Notes under the pieces: model-generated | The model's input: only the letters and a program-made list of their open reading frames with translations | Told to the model about the DNA's origin: nothing | The model's database searches: none | Assembly: GCA_964016885.1 (NCBI GenBank) | Contig: OZ024740.1 | Location: 255,998,001-256,062,000, forward strand | DNA: 64,000 nucleotides | Direction of reading: 5' to 3' | Source of the DNA: Eledone cirrhosa | Lineage: Eukaryota | Made by a program: the position numbers and the translations under genes | Shown: positions 1-18,262 of the stretch, in pieces | Position numbering within the stretch: position 1 is the stretch's first letter | Layout: every line of letters begins with the position of its first letter

Positions 1-530
1 AGAACATAGAAATAAAAATAGAATCTACACACAGAAAAGACGCAATGTTTAGACAAAACACAGAGGCAATAAACATAAATGAACTCCAACCAAAATTAAA
101 TAGAAAACATGAATGGAATAGCAACATCACAACTTACAATTAAGGACAAAATGAAAACACACATAGAACAAACAACCAATAACATGTAAATAAACAGATA
201 AATAAACAAATAAAAATACACACAGACACCCGGATGTAACACATGCGCAAACTGAGCACACAACACACACAAAAACAAGATAACGTAGGACAGAACAAAG
301 GAGAGGCACAAAACAAAGAAAAGAATCCCCAGTCACTGAAGAGGTCACAGAATGTTTGACGAAACAACTTTGACAATATATGAACAACCGTTCGTTTGTG
401 GACCCAACTAACCACCCGGAAATTTATAAATTCTTAAATTTATAAATTAAATTTATAATAAATTGGAGTGAAAGCTACTTGTGCGTGTGTTTCTTATTGG
501 CAACATGACCCTCCCAAAGTATAACTATAT
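1..530 (+). mobile_element. PLE 3' end (C-terminus of GIY-YIG ORF to TAA at 141-143, plus 3' UTR with HHR); continues upstream of window
   Basis: Frame 3 reads NIEIKIESTHRKDAMFRQNTEAININELQPKLNRKHEWNSNITTYN*, near-identical to the end of ORF 2834..3661; region is the reverse complement of 2456-2976; ends in (TA)n. Confidence 0.9.
332..374 (+). ncRNA. Minimal type I hammerhead ribozyme motif (degenerate stem III)
   Basis: GTCA-CTGAAGA-GGTCAcagaatgttTGAC-GAAA-caac-TT-TGAC; stem I GTCA/TGAC. Confidence 0.6.
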
Positions 531-552
531 ATATATATATATTTGTATATAG

Positions 553-1041
553 ACCTGTCTGTTTCTTTCTCACTGCTTCCCCTTTCTCTATATCTCTCAC
601 TCTCTTTTTACCACCCCTGACAGTCTCTCTCTCAGCCGGCCTCTTCCTCACACTTTCACTCACTCACTCTCTGTTACTCCCCCTCTCTCACTTCCTCCTG
701 TTTGACCTGTGTGAAATCCTTTTCTCGCTCACATCTCACCCAGGTCGGATGGTCTTTATCTCTCGTCTATGATTTCATAGAACTTAAGTTCATAGATATC
801 ACGGTCTTGTTTCTTCTCTTCCTCTCTTTCCGTTGCATTACCATCTATGTTTGTTTACATGTCTCGCTCGCTTCACCCTAATTTACGCGTCCCAATATCT
901 TTTTTTAGTTATTGCTCGCACCAACCAGAGGTATAGCCAGTCACTCTCTCTCAGCTGGCCTCTTCCTCACACTTTCACTCACTCACTCTCTGCTACTCCC
1001 GCTCTCTCACTTCCTCCCGTTTGACCTGTGTGAAATCCATT

Positions 1042-1046
<5 letters not shown>
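553..1046. repeat. Partial direct duplication (about 317 bp period) of a CT-rich repeat segment
   Basis: 621-722 repeated at 938-1040; contains palindrome GAACTTAAGTTC also seen at 20607. Confidence 0.7.
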
Positions 1047-1135
<89 letters not shown>

Positions 1136-1235
1136 TTATATGCTAGATCCAAAAGCAGTTTTGAGTACTCTGGTGACTGATGGTCTAGCTGGCTTTTACT
1201 GCATCCATTCTGATTTATATATATACAGTATATAT

Positions 1236-1716
1236 ATAATATACAATGGTATTAAATAAATGGAAACTATATTTATAAAACCATATTTATTCTATTATAT
1301 TTATTTCAAGGGTACCAAAACTTTATTTCAAGGGTACCAAATCTTTGGTACGCTATCATCAGATAAAATACTAAGTGTGTTTTATAAATTTTGACATAAC
1401 CAAGGAAAATATACCTTAACGGTTCAAGTTTTCCTTAGATAGTCAAGATCTAAGGAAAACTTGAACAGTTAAGGTATATTTCCCTTGGTTATATCAACAT
1501 TTATAAAACACACTTCGTATTTTATCTGATGATAGCGTACCAAAGTTTTGGTACCCTTGAAATATATATAATAGAATAAATATCGTTTTATAAATATAGT
1601 TTCCATTTATTTAATATCATTGAATATTATACTCCAGAAAACATGTCGAGTGCTCTGAATCAGTTATAAACAATTATATTTGTTGGATTACCAACAAATT
1701 GAATATCCCTTCTGCT

Positions 1717-1720
<4 letters not shown>
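1236..1720. mobile_element. Palindromic PLE-terminus element (arms about 1236-1440 and 1448-1631; right arm extended to 1720)
   Basis: Arms are reverse complements around about 1444; same terminus family as 16255-16560, 19740-19955 and 48620-48958. Confidence 0.88.
1518..1578 (+). ncRNA. Minimal type I hammerhead ribozyme (mirror copy on minus strand about 1289-1370)
   Basis: TATTTTAT-CTGATGA-tagcGTACCAAagttTTGGTACcctt-GAAA-tatata-TA-ATAGAATA. Confidence 0.8.
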
Positions 1721-1756
<36 letters not shown>

Positions 1757-1770
1757 ATGTGTGTACGTAT

Positions 1771-1849
<79 letters not shown>

Positions 1850-1882
1850 ACACACACACACACACACACGCACGCACACACG

Positions 1883-2014
<132 letters not shown>

Positions 2015-2024
2015 CATTATATAC

Positions 2025-2243
2025 ACGAGAGCGGCTGACCGGGGTAGAACCTGCTAAATGTTCGGTCGCCCTCATGTCACTGATTTTCAGCCTCATCGAT
2101 CTTGTCTATTATATTCCTTTTTATATATTTTGAATACCTGATGATGTCACCGGATTTATCCTGAAACCGTCATTGAAATTATCATAGTATAATAAACCTT
2201 TTAAGGAATTACACCAGTCCAGTCTCCTGTTATTTTATAATAT
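2025..2243 (+). mobile_element. PLE-type 3' terminal fragment with HHR
   Basis: Homologous to 58740-58954 (minus); follows (TA)n. Confidence 0.75.
2134..2190 (+). ncRNA. Type I hammerhead ribozyme motif
   Basis: ATAC-CTGATGA-...-GAAA-ttatca-TA-GTAT. Confidence 0.7.
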
Positions 2244-2374
2244 TTAACTCCGTACTCGCACCACCAACAACACAAACGAAGACGGGTGAGTTGCATTACG
2301 TTGAGTGCTCTCCATAATATTACATCGAGGTTGACCATACGGAATGACCAGTTCTATCCAGTGGTGAGCCAACA

Positions 2375-2459
<85 letters not shown>

Positions 2460-2589
2460 ATACTTTGGGAGGGTCATGTTGCCAATAAGAAACACACGCA
2501 CCAGTTGCTTTCACTTCAATTTATTATAATAAATTTATAAATTTCTGGTTGGTTGGTTGGTTCCACAACCAGATAGTTGTTTATATATT

Positions 2590-2632
2590 GTCATAGTTCT
2601 TTCATCACACACTCTGTGACCTCTTCAGTGAC
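2590..2632 (-). ncRNA. Minimal type I hammerhead ribozyme motif
   Basis: GTCA-CTGAAGA-ggTCACAgagtgTGTGAt-GAAAG-aa-CTA-TGAC. Confidence 0.65.
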
Positions 2633-2833
2633 TGGGGATTCCTTTCTTTGTTTCTGTGCCTCTTCTTTGTTCTGTCCTACGCCATTTTGTTTCTGTGTGT
2701 GTGTTGTGTGCTCAGTCTGCGCATGCGCCACATCCGGGTGTCTGTGTGTGTTTATGTTCATTTATTTATTTGTTTATTTACATGTTACTGGTTGGTAGTT
2801 TGTTCTATGTGTGTGTGTGTTTTCATTTTGTCC

Positions 2834-3661
2834 TTAATTGTAAGTTGTGATGTTGCTGTTCCACTCATATTTTCTATTTAATTTTGGTTGTAATTCTTTT
2901 ATGTTTATTGCCTCTGTAATTTGTCTAAACATTGCGTCTTTTCTGTGTGTAGATTCTATTTTTATTTCTATGTTCTCTAATTTACCCTTGTGTTCTATTT
3001 TAGCATGTTGGTAGAGTACAGATGATTCTTTACTATCTTGAAGGTCTCGCCAGTGTTCATTTATCCGTTCCCCTACACTACGAGCTGTCTCACCTATGTA
3101 CACTATATTTTTGTCTCTACATTGTCCTTCGGTACATCTTATGCTATACACTATATTTCTAGTTTTACAGTTAATATGGGGGCTTATTTTACAGGTTATA
3201 CATTTCTTATCTATACATGAGGGTCTTTGAAAAGGGTATGTCTTGCTAATGAGTGTTTTTACGGAGGTACCTGGTCTTTCTACTATCTTAATATTGAGTT
3301 TATGTTTATTTAGGGCCCTTCTAAATTTGTAAGCTAATTCACCTCTAGGGGTTGTATCGATGAACATTACACTCTGGTATTTATTGCTATCATACCATGA
3401 GTTTATTCTATTAGCCTTGTTCCTAGTTCTTTCTATTCTATTCCAAAAGTTGCTCCTATACAAGGGGCAGGTCCCATTTATGTCATTATTTACCATTTTT
3501 TCCCATTTGGTTCTGGCTCCTCTATACACTCTGATTCTATCTCTCTGATTGTAGCCAGAGAACTGCATACGGTGGATGAAGTGTTGTATGTGTCTCTCTA
3601 GTTCTTCGGGGTTGCACATGCGGGACACGTTTCTCATCACCCGTACCAAATCCGCATACAT
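2834..3661 (-). CDS. PLE polyprotein C-terminal part: RT thumb, Cys linker, GIY-YIG endonuclease (5'-truncated)
   Basis: NIVYSIRC...VYIGETARSVGERINEH...LYQH...EAINIKELQPKLNRK; CxxC linker. Confidence 0.85.
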   Translation of the reverse strand: MYADLVRVMRNVSRMCNPEELERHIQHFIHRMQFSGYNQRDRIRVYRGARTKWEKMVNNDINGTCPLYRSNFWNRIERTRNKANRINSWYDSNKYQSVMFIDTTPRGELAYKFRRALNKHKLNIKIVERPGTSVKTLISKTYPFQRPSCIDKKCITCKISPHINCKTRNIVYSIRCTEGQCRDKNIVYIGETARSVGERINEHWRDLQDSKESSVLYQHAKIEHKGKLENIEIKIESTHRKDAMFRQITEAINIKELQPKLNRKYEWNSNITTYN

Positions 3662-3898
3662 GTGTGTGTTTGTGTGTATGTATATGCATGTATATATAAT
3701 AATTTAATATAGAAATGGATACTACAGGACCAGAACTGTTTCATTCATATCAAATCATCTGGAATATTAAAATATTAAGTGTTAAATAATGTTTACACTC
3801 TACTATATTGAATACATTTTTCAACTGTCATGACGCCCTATATCACTCGTTATCAACTCGCGCACGCATGCACACACACATACACCCACATGTACACA

Positions 3899-4016
<118 letters not shown>

Positions 4017-4673
4017 TGTGTGCCTGCGTGTGTGTGCGTGTGTGTGTGTGTTGTGTGTATATATGTATATATATTTTCATACATAATTCCCAATTTGCAG
4101 AAATAATTTTTTTCACGTTCACACGGAAACACTCACACCACATATTAAAGCTCACACACACGGTGACACACACAGACACACAGACGCACAAATACATACT
4201 CCTAAACACGAACACATTTCTAACGACGAGTGTTCCAGTTTTGAGATTAACCGATTTGTTTGCTCTATAAATTGATTGAACCTTGCAGAGATACGTGTAG
4301 CTTTAATTAAGTTCTCAGGGAGATTCAGTGTGACTTCATGTGACAAGATGTCTTGTTCTATGTATACAAAGTGTTGCGGGGAATGAAACTGCTTGTTTCT
4401 CCTGAACCGTATACCCTAACCACTAAGCCATGCGAATGATTACATACACGCATACACACATACTTACACTTACAAATGCACACACAGATAACTCATATTT
4501 ATTTAATCAGTTAACGAAGAATTTGTTTCATACGTATTAAGCTATGTGACATTATATAAATAAGACTGGCTCAAAGCGCGTTTATATATAGTATATAATA
4601 TAAATTATATATGCGTATATATATATATCACAGAAAAAAAGAGAATCAGTGTTGCGACGAATGGAATTTATTG

Positions 4674-4769
4674 GACATATTACAATCGTTTCTCTGGCGA
4701 CCAGCTCGAGGCACGATCGATGTGATGATCGAACCTGACTCTGAAAATCGCAAGGTCCTCAGATACGTC
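4674..4769 (-). ncRNA. Type I hammerhead ribozyme with extended stem II, in a PLE-like terminus (about 4630-5100)
   Basis: GACGTAT-CTGAGGA-(about 63 nt)-GAAAC-gatt-GTA-ATATGTC; 7-bp stem I; AATAAA directly downstream. Confidence 0.75.
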
Positions 4770-7669
4770 TTGATTCTACGAAGCAGATTATCCTAATGTC
4801 CTTTTACATCGATATCCTTCGCCTGTCGTCTTAGATCCCGTTGTTGTCATTCTATGATAATAATTCTATGACAATAACAGGATCAAGAATTGTACACGTC
4901 ATCCATATTTCTAGCTACTCACGGTTGTCCACTATTTGGTTCTTATTCTCCACCTGTCAATCAAAGTTGTTTCTTAGATCGGAATTACTACGGTAGTAGG
5001 TAAGGGGTTGTATGCTTGCACTGCAGGCGGCCCTTTGACGTCTTCTCTGTCTGTAGGCGCCCTCCTCTACACCGATTGGGTACACACCCGCAACTGTATT
5101 GTATGCGACAATCACCGTAAATAATGCTTGGAGGGAATTTTTCAAACAAATTAGAAAATTATTTAGCATAACGTTTCAAGAACACAGCCTCAGAATACCT
5201 TACAACATACATATTTCAGAAAGAAAAAACTCTTTACAAAGAACGTTTTTAAATGATGTCTTGGAACAGCCTTTAAAAAAAAGGTTATTTCGAAGGTAGT
5301 TTTGATAAATATACACATATCTACACTCACACACTGTACTCAGGGAAGTGTGTATAATTAAGACGCTGCACATATATATACACAGATGAAAAAAAAAAAG
5401 AGAAGAAAGATCTACACATAGGCATTCATACCCTCACACAGACATGTTCATACAAATACATCCACCCAGACATGTGTACACACGTGCGCATGCATAATTG
5501 CGTGGGCACACATACATACATGTACCCGCGTATGTTCATACCGAAGGCACATACTTGATGAATACCCTCCCATCCGTACACACACGCGCAGCTGTGCACA
5601 TGGTGCACATAGTATTATATGAGACAACGTTCTTGAGGCTTGGACCCAACCCGATTATGTGGCGATATAAGCCCGAAAGTGCATGCACAATATGCATAAA
5701 TGTTATAGCCACATAGTATCCCTGCACTAATCACATATAACTGGGGTGGCACATATATATATTAAAAATGCCGCTTCGTACATAAAATAACAAAATAAAA
5801 TAAAATAAAATGCTGGAAAAAGGAGTGTATACATGACAAAGATGCAGAGGGGTCCGGACATTATTGGGGTGTTGCGTAAAGCTGCATAAAATACTTGAGG
5901 GTTGTGGTGCATATGGTTATATAATATACATGGGGACTGGTGATCTAAGGGACTGGGTAAGAGTCTACACATGCTGCAGGTCTCATGGCTGGTGGACACA
6001 TGGGTACCGTGCGTACGTACACAAACAAGTTATATATATTGTGGATGTGTATAACATCCATTTCATAATAGTATATATGAGGTATACATGGGGTGGATGT
6101 ATACATGGAATATATAGGGTGTGTGTTTCATAACAGTATATATGAAATGTACGTGGAATGTATGCATGATTGGAATGTGCCAGCGGCTTGTGTTGTAGGC
6201 GTGTATATATCAACGGCAGGCAAAGTTAAAATTAACTGCGACATTAACCTTAAGACCAGCATCAGGTCCGGGATCTAAGCAGCAAATTAAACACCACGAA
6301 TCGAAGATCGAAAATCAAAAATTGGAAATTTAAAAGTTTGAAAATTTAAAACCACACATAAGGTTGTAGACCAAATCAGACTTATATTGAGTCGGCGTCC
6401 GCAAATTGGTGTGGTGGTGCTATCCAAGGTACGCTACGAGGTAGGCATTGCTGGATCTGTCGTTGATATCAGCTTGTTCCGTCATGCATTCATAGGTAGG
6501 CTGTGTTATATCGTGGTCCGCTGCATGCACCCCACCTGGTATTCGACACCTACAACACAAGCCGCTGGCACATTAGGGTCGAACAACACACCATCTTCAC
6601 CCTACAGACCCACACACACCCCGTTCTGAACTCTCCACCTCTCTTCTTTTAGCCTTCGACCGACCCCCTCCCCTACACACACACCCTACTAACACCACTA
6701 CAACACTCCTAATATTCACCGTCTCCTCCACTTCCAGCCACACCCACCCTCTTGGCCCACCTCACAACTAATAATACTAACCACCACCCCTCCCCCTATC
6801 ACACGCGCACCCACACACTCAACACGCGCACACACACACACACCAGTGCATATATACACTCACTCACACTAATCACACACCCTACTACCACCACTAACCC
6901 CACCTATACATCCACATCCGACCACCCCACCACTAATAATACTAAACATCCCCAACCCACCTTCGCTCTCACCACACACAAACCATCACACACCAGCATA
7001 CTCACCCACACCAACGTACACACCGATAAACCACCCACTCAACACCCACACTACCACCACTAACCCCGACCCACACACCCGTATTCGAGCCCTCCACCAC
7101 TAATAATATTAACACCCACCCTACCACACACACACACACACTCATACCCAAGCCAGTACACACACATCAGTACATTACACTCACTCATACTGTCCCCAGC
7201 ACCTTTTCTCTCTCCTCCGTACTACCCCCCCCCCCCCAACACATCCCACTAAAACCTCCACTAAAATAACACAAACCTCCACACACACACATCGCCACCG
7301 TATCCCTCAACCTTTCACACATACCCACCTCCTCTCCTGTCCACCGCACCTCCGCACACACATACACACACATTCCACACACTCATACAGACCATCCCTA
7401 CCACTCGTCCGTCTGCCATCCTCCTTACTGCTATCATCTCTACCACTCGCTTTCTGTCACCCCCCTGCTGCTATCTCCTCTCACTTGAATCCTTCGTCCT
7501 GTTTTCTCCACCGCCTGCCTTGACCTTCTTGACCACACCCCACAACTCTCAACTTCCTCCGCACCATTCCACGTATTCTACACCACTGGTCACACGCTCC
7601 AGACATCCACCCTCTTATACTAGGATTTTTCACGATCTCTTCATACACTCCTCGGAAAAACATTCAGGA

Positions 7670-7700
<31 letters not shown>

Positions 7701-7967
7701 CTTACACCATTTTCGCACACACGCAACCATACGTTCCTGGTATCCACACCACACAAAAACACACACACACGTGCGTATCCGCAAATACACATACTCGGCC
7801 TCCGGACTCCGCACAGCCCCCCCCCCACCCTCTGACTCCGCTCCATCAACGCGCACCCATACACTGACTTACACCCCGCCTCATGTACACACTGGTTTTC
7901 CTATTACCCGAACATGGAACATCGTTTTTCCCCAAACTCTCACACTCACACTCTTTTCCTTCTCAAT

Positions 7968-8092
7968 TTTCTCCTGATGAAATGGCTTATGCCCGAAACG
8001 TCGTTGCACACCCTCCACTCTCAAGCGTGAACCAAATACTTACACTTTGTTCTGCACACTTCATTATTGTTTTTGTCTTTTTGTTTTAACTT
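7968..8092 (+). ncRNA. Minimal HHR-like motif and repeat 3' terminus following a CA-rich tract
   Basis: CTGATGA-aatGGCttatGCCc-GAAAC-GTC at 7974-8002; related degenerate copy at 43138-43260; stem I poor. Confidence 0.55.
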
Positions 8093-8407
8093 ATATATAT
8101 ATATATATATGTATATATATGAAAAATAGTAAAAAAGAAAAAAACAGTAGAAAATGCTGAAGGGATTTTCTCTCAGAATAACATCAAAACTTTTATTTAC
8201 AAAATAGGAATTTCCGCATTAATTGTACCGGTTTCAGTTTGTACGCCTTATTACACGACGGAAGTGTATAATGCAATTAAATTACATATTAATAAGAATA
8301 AGAATATGGGAAAAAAATGTTTTTACATACATATTTAGGGACAAATGTTCAGATTTTTTAATGTCGTTTTCTTTTTTTCTCTCTAATATATTTATGTATT
8401 TTATATG

Positions 8408-8440
<33 letters not shown>

Positions 8441-8450
8441 GTGTGTGTGT

Positions 8451-8521
<71 letters not shown>

Positions 8522-8539
8522 AAATATATATATATATAT

Positions 8540-9850
8540 ATAATATAAGATCAAAAGATGGTTAAAGGAGTTCCATATATTTTATTATGCGCATTTCAAA
8601 AACAAACATCATCAAGCAATAATATTTGTGTTTTCATCAGATAAAACAGGAGAACATGATATGAAGGCTAAAAAACACTTGTTGATAGTGCAGTTTTAAA
8701 TCAACATATGAAAAGTGGTTTTAGATTGATGTGTGATATTGGGAAAAATATTTTATTTAGAGAGGGGGGGGGGGGGCGAGGATGAGAAGGGAAGGGGATG
8801 AGAGGGAGAGATGGGTGATAGAGAGAAAGAGATAGTTTTTATAACTGAGAGGAGATATATTTTTTATATAGAGGGGTTGAAAACCGTTGGAAGATACTGT
8901 ATAAATTAAAAATTTTGAAAATTAACGAAGGGAGGATATGTGCGAGGAAAAAATATTTTATTTAGGGAGGGGGGGGGGATGAAAAAAAAGGGGGAGGAGA
9001 TGAGAGTGAAGGTGGAGAGGGAGAGATGGGTGATAGAGAGAAAGAGATAGTTTTTATAACTGAGAAAAAGATATATTGTTTTAATATAGAGAGGTTGGGA
9101 ACCGTTGGAAGATAATGTATAAATTAAAGGAATTTGAAAATTAACGAAGGGAAATTATGTATGAAGATAGAGAGAAAAAAATAATAATTGTGGGTGAATA
9201 TTCTAACGTCAAAAGAAGAAATGTATGTATTGTGGCTATTTCAAAATTAGCGAAGAGAGAAATGTTAAGGTTTATGTGTAGAAGGATTTGAGAAAAATAA
9301 TGTAAAGTTAAAGTTTGTATATTGAATTCATATGTATTAATAATGAGTTCGTTGATGGGGAGAAAAAAAATAATAATAAATTAAGGATGAAATTGAGATT
9401 AAAAAGATTTATGATAGAGAGAAAAAATAATAATGATTGCGGATGAATATTCAAAATGTCAAAAACAAATGTTATTGTTTTACGAGAAGATAGAATGAGG
9501 GTAATGAGTAAACGAGTATTATAGAGTGTATAATGCCCTTTAAAGTAAGGTAGATGGGTATATTTTAAAGAGGTGTATGTATATGTGCCTTTGAGAAAAG
9601 ATTCTAAATTGATAAAGAATTGAATATTAACTGTATACTTTGTGAAAAGTTCTATGGAATTTATGCAGGCAGATAGAAAACAAATCTGAGCGTCTATTTA
9701 TTATGGATTCTAGGTTAGAGATAATGGTAAATTTTTTATTTAGGCAGAGATTACAGATTTTACTGCATACTCCAGTCCCACAAACTGTAGAGTGCTTCTT
9801 ATCCGATATCTGCATTGCTTTATTGTACTACAATAAAACACACCTTCTAC
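8540..9850 (-). mobile_element. Heavily 5'-truncated Naiad-like PLE (GIY-YIG C-terminus 9627-9815 plus about 1.1 kb 3' UTR)
   Basis: CNLCLNKKFTI...INRRSDLFSICLHK motif; HHR at 3' end. Confidence 0.75.
8580..8646 (-). ncRNA. Minimal type I hammerhead ribozyme
   Basis: TTTTAT-CTGATGA-AAAC...GTTTtt-GAAA-tgcgca-TA-ATAAAA; stem III is palindrome ATGCGCAT. Confidence 0.82.
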
Positions 9851-10149
9851 ATATATATATATATATATATAGGTTAACGGAGTATCGTTTAAGGCAATCC
9901 AAATAGAGCTTATGAGTACTCTGTATCGAGGATATATTTTTATCGTTCGGCACACCGAATTAATGTTAATACTTCGAATACTTCGAATAAACCCTATCGT
10001 ACAGCCGATCCGTGTTATTCTTCATTCATATACTATATATATATATACAAATATATATATATAGTATTAAGGATACTATTTATGGTTATGTATATACTAA
10101 AACCTTTTATAGTTATATATATATTATACCCTAAATAGTGAAAGACAGT

Positions 10150-11741
<1,592 letters not shown>

Positions 11742-11759
11742 TATATATATATATATATA

Positions 11760-14451
<2,692 letters not shown>

Positions 14452-14453
14452 TA

Positions 14454-14605
<152 letters not shown>

Positions 14606-14924
14606 TGTGTGTGTGTGAAATATATGTATATATGTAATTTGCCCGAAGGCATAATTTGTCTCTACCTGTTTTGTTATGTCCCAGTGCATATAAACTGGAG
14701 TTAAATGTATCGACCTTTTAAACCGAAAACTTAGTGATTTCCAGATTTTTGGCGTGGTAATAAATAGCCGAACTTTTCAAGGGGTAATTCCATATATGGG
14801 AAGTTTGTAGTTGTCAAAAGGATTGGTCAAAATTTCTTGTAAAAACAAATAAATCTTTCATGGCGTTGAGTGGGTGGTGGGGGTGGCGGGCTCGACTTTC
14901 CTGTAGAACAATGAGGAAGTGGGT

Positions 14925-15459
<535 letters not shown>

Positions 15460-15679
15460 TGATTGTAGCTAAGATGCTTCCATTGGCGGTATGTCGGTTG
15501 AGCACTCTATGCTCTTACAGATAGAGAATATGCTCCGAAATCATTAGACGTGTCCGTCGAACCTGCGGGTCCAGAATCTGACAGATGCACACAATGATCT
15601 CGTCTCGAGCTGTCCACCGGGGAAACAATTGTAACTCACAATAAATTGAGTTCAGATGCATCACTGATTTTTCGTTTTC

Positions 15680-15779
<100 letters not shown>

Positions 15780-16189
15780 GTATATATATATACAAAAATA
15801 TTTAAGTGCGGGGCGCAGTGATGAAACCTCGTGGTCTGGGGCATTGACTTATTGTGTTCCCACACAACACCGTTTGTTCCACTAAGTAACGTATTGTGTC
15901 CACTCTGATATACAATTTCTGTAAAATCATAGAGTGAGTGACAAACGGTAATCTTGGACGTATTCCATATGTAGAACTATATGCACAGGTATAACATCTC
16001 GTTTATACATACATACATACTTAAATACATGCATGCATGCATACATACATACATATAAACATGCATGTATACATACATGCAATACATGCATATACAACTG
16101 ATGATTCGTTTAGGCCTAAATATAATTAGATACAAATACACGCACACATACAATAATGAATTGGTTACCATAACAAATCAATCCTCAAA

Positions 16190-16257
<68 letters not shown>

Positions 16258-16385
16258 AAAGTTCTATTTAAAGTTGTTGGGACACAACAGGTAAATATTT
16301 TTATAACTGATATAAAGCACTCGACAAGTTTTGGGAGTAGATATACGATATTAATAAATGGAAACTATATTTATAAAACCATATT

Positions 16386-16450
16386 TATTTCATTATACAT
16401 ATTTCAGGGATACCACATTAAATTATGGTATGCCTTCATCAGACAAAATA
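16386..16450 (-). ncRNA. Minimal type I hammerhead ribozyme
   Basis: Reverse complement of 19847-19911. Confidence 0.8.
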
Positions 16451-16642
16451 CAATATATAACAGTTTTACAAATAGCTTTGACGTACCCTTTTAAAATGCA
16501 ACCATTACTTTTGGAGGCTGTCTGGATAGTGATTTGTTTATATTATTTTAATAAGTCATAGTGTTAAGCACAATTAGAAAAAGACGGAGAGAAAGAAAAA
16601 AAGAAAAAAGACGGAGAGAGAGAAATAAAAAAAGAAAAAAAA

Positions 16643-18262
16643 TCTGACCTGGGAAAACTTAGCAAAAATATTCTAGACAGGGTAATACAACAAATTATAA
16701 ACTTACCTAATTTATCTTACTTAAAATTATGGAAAGGGACTAGTGAGGTTATTGATTGGTTTAAAGAAATTAAATATAACTATAATAATAAGTTTATTCA
16801 GCTGGATATTGCTAACTACTATTCATCTATCACTCCTAATCTACTGAATAATGCACTAAATTACGCATTTAAACATACTGACCTAACTAGCAATGAAATG
16901 CACATTATATTATCGGCAAGGAAAACATTGATAGAATTTAATAACCAACTCTGGACTAGGGCAGATAGAAATAATAATTTCGACATAACTATGGGATCAT
17001 CAGACTCAGCTCAGGTAACGGACCTTGTGGGCCTATTTATAATTAATTCGCTACATAGAAAAATACCAAGTGTAACCTGAGGATTATATCGTGATGACAT
17101 GCTTTTACTTATAGAAAATAATAGCTGTGAACTAAATAGAAAAAGAAAACAAATTATACAATTTTTTAATTACCTTAATCTAAAAATAGAAATAGACAAT
17201 AAACATAGAATAGTCAATTTTCTTGATGTAACACTAAATCTCAACACATGTCTTTATTATCCATTTCACAAACTAAATGAGAACTTGAATTATGTCAACT
17301 TTAACTCTAATCACCCCAGATCTGTTAAAAACACTATAGTGAACTCTGTTCAAGAACGAATTTCAAGAATTTCATCTAATAAAAATATATTTGATGAAAA
17401 AGCGCAGTATTACAACGAAGCGTTAGGTAGAGCTGGATATAGAAATAAAATTAAATACATCGATAATAATAATAATAAGCAAACTAACCAAATTAATAAC
17501 AATTTCAATTACGGTAACAACTTTAACAACTATAATAGAAAACATTACAATAATTCCAAAAGCCGAAAAAGAAATAGAACTAGAAATATATTATGGTTTG
17601 CTCCCCCTTTTTCACTAAATATTAAAACCCCTATTGCTAAACTATTCTTTAAAGCTCTTGACAAACGCTTCCCTAGAACACATAAATATTACTCAATTTT
17701 TAATAGACACACTATAAAATTAACTTACTCGTCAACCAAAAATTTAGCACAAAATATTAATAGAATTAATAATAGGAATTTAAAACCTAACCAAAATACC
17801 AATAATAACCCAAACAATATTCAATTAAATAACTGTAACTGTAGAAATAAATCTAACTGTCCGTTAAATAACAACTGCTTAGCTAAAAATGTAGTGTACA
17901 ATTGTAATGTTAAAACTAATTTAAATTCATTTAACTATGTTGGTTCCACCTCTACAGAATTTAAATTTCGCTTCAATAATCATAAGAATTCTTTCACAGA
18001 TCCAAACAAAAAATCTTCAACTTCGCTATCTAGCCTACTATGGTACCTAAAACGAGATAATATTAAATATTCGATGAATTGGAATATTATTTCATAAGCT
18101 ACTCCTTTTAATTCCTCTTCAGAAAATTGTGATCTTTGTATTGAAGAAATATTCTTTATATTAAAGTCCAAAAATTCCCTTAATCTAAGGAACAATTTAT
18201 TCAGTTGCTGCAGACATAGATTGAACTCAACGTTTAAATATAAATATAAATTTAAAATGTAG
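16643..18262 (+). pseudogene. PLE RT plus GIY-YIG ORF, one frame with two in-frame stops (TGA 17078, TAA 18095)
   Basis: FIQLDIANYYSSI, FDITMGSSDSAQVTDLVG, GLYRDD, NFLDVTL, CNCRNKSNCPLNNNC, NVVY...YVGST, CDLC...CCRH. Confidence 0.92.

Larger units (their letters stand above)
2456..3661 (-). mobile_element. 5'-truncated PLE (Neptune/Nematis-like) with 3' UTR
   Basis: Contains ORF 2834..3661 and HHR 2590-2632; 3' end abuts (TA)n. Confidence 0.9.

Noticed and set aside
17078-17080. In-frame TGA in RT as possible selenocysteine
   Set aside because: Aligns to Gly/Ile before GLYRDD, not Cys; GGA-to-TGA decay is likelier and the copy also has a TAA
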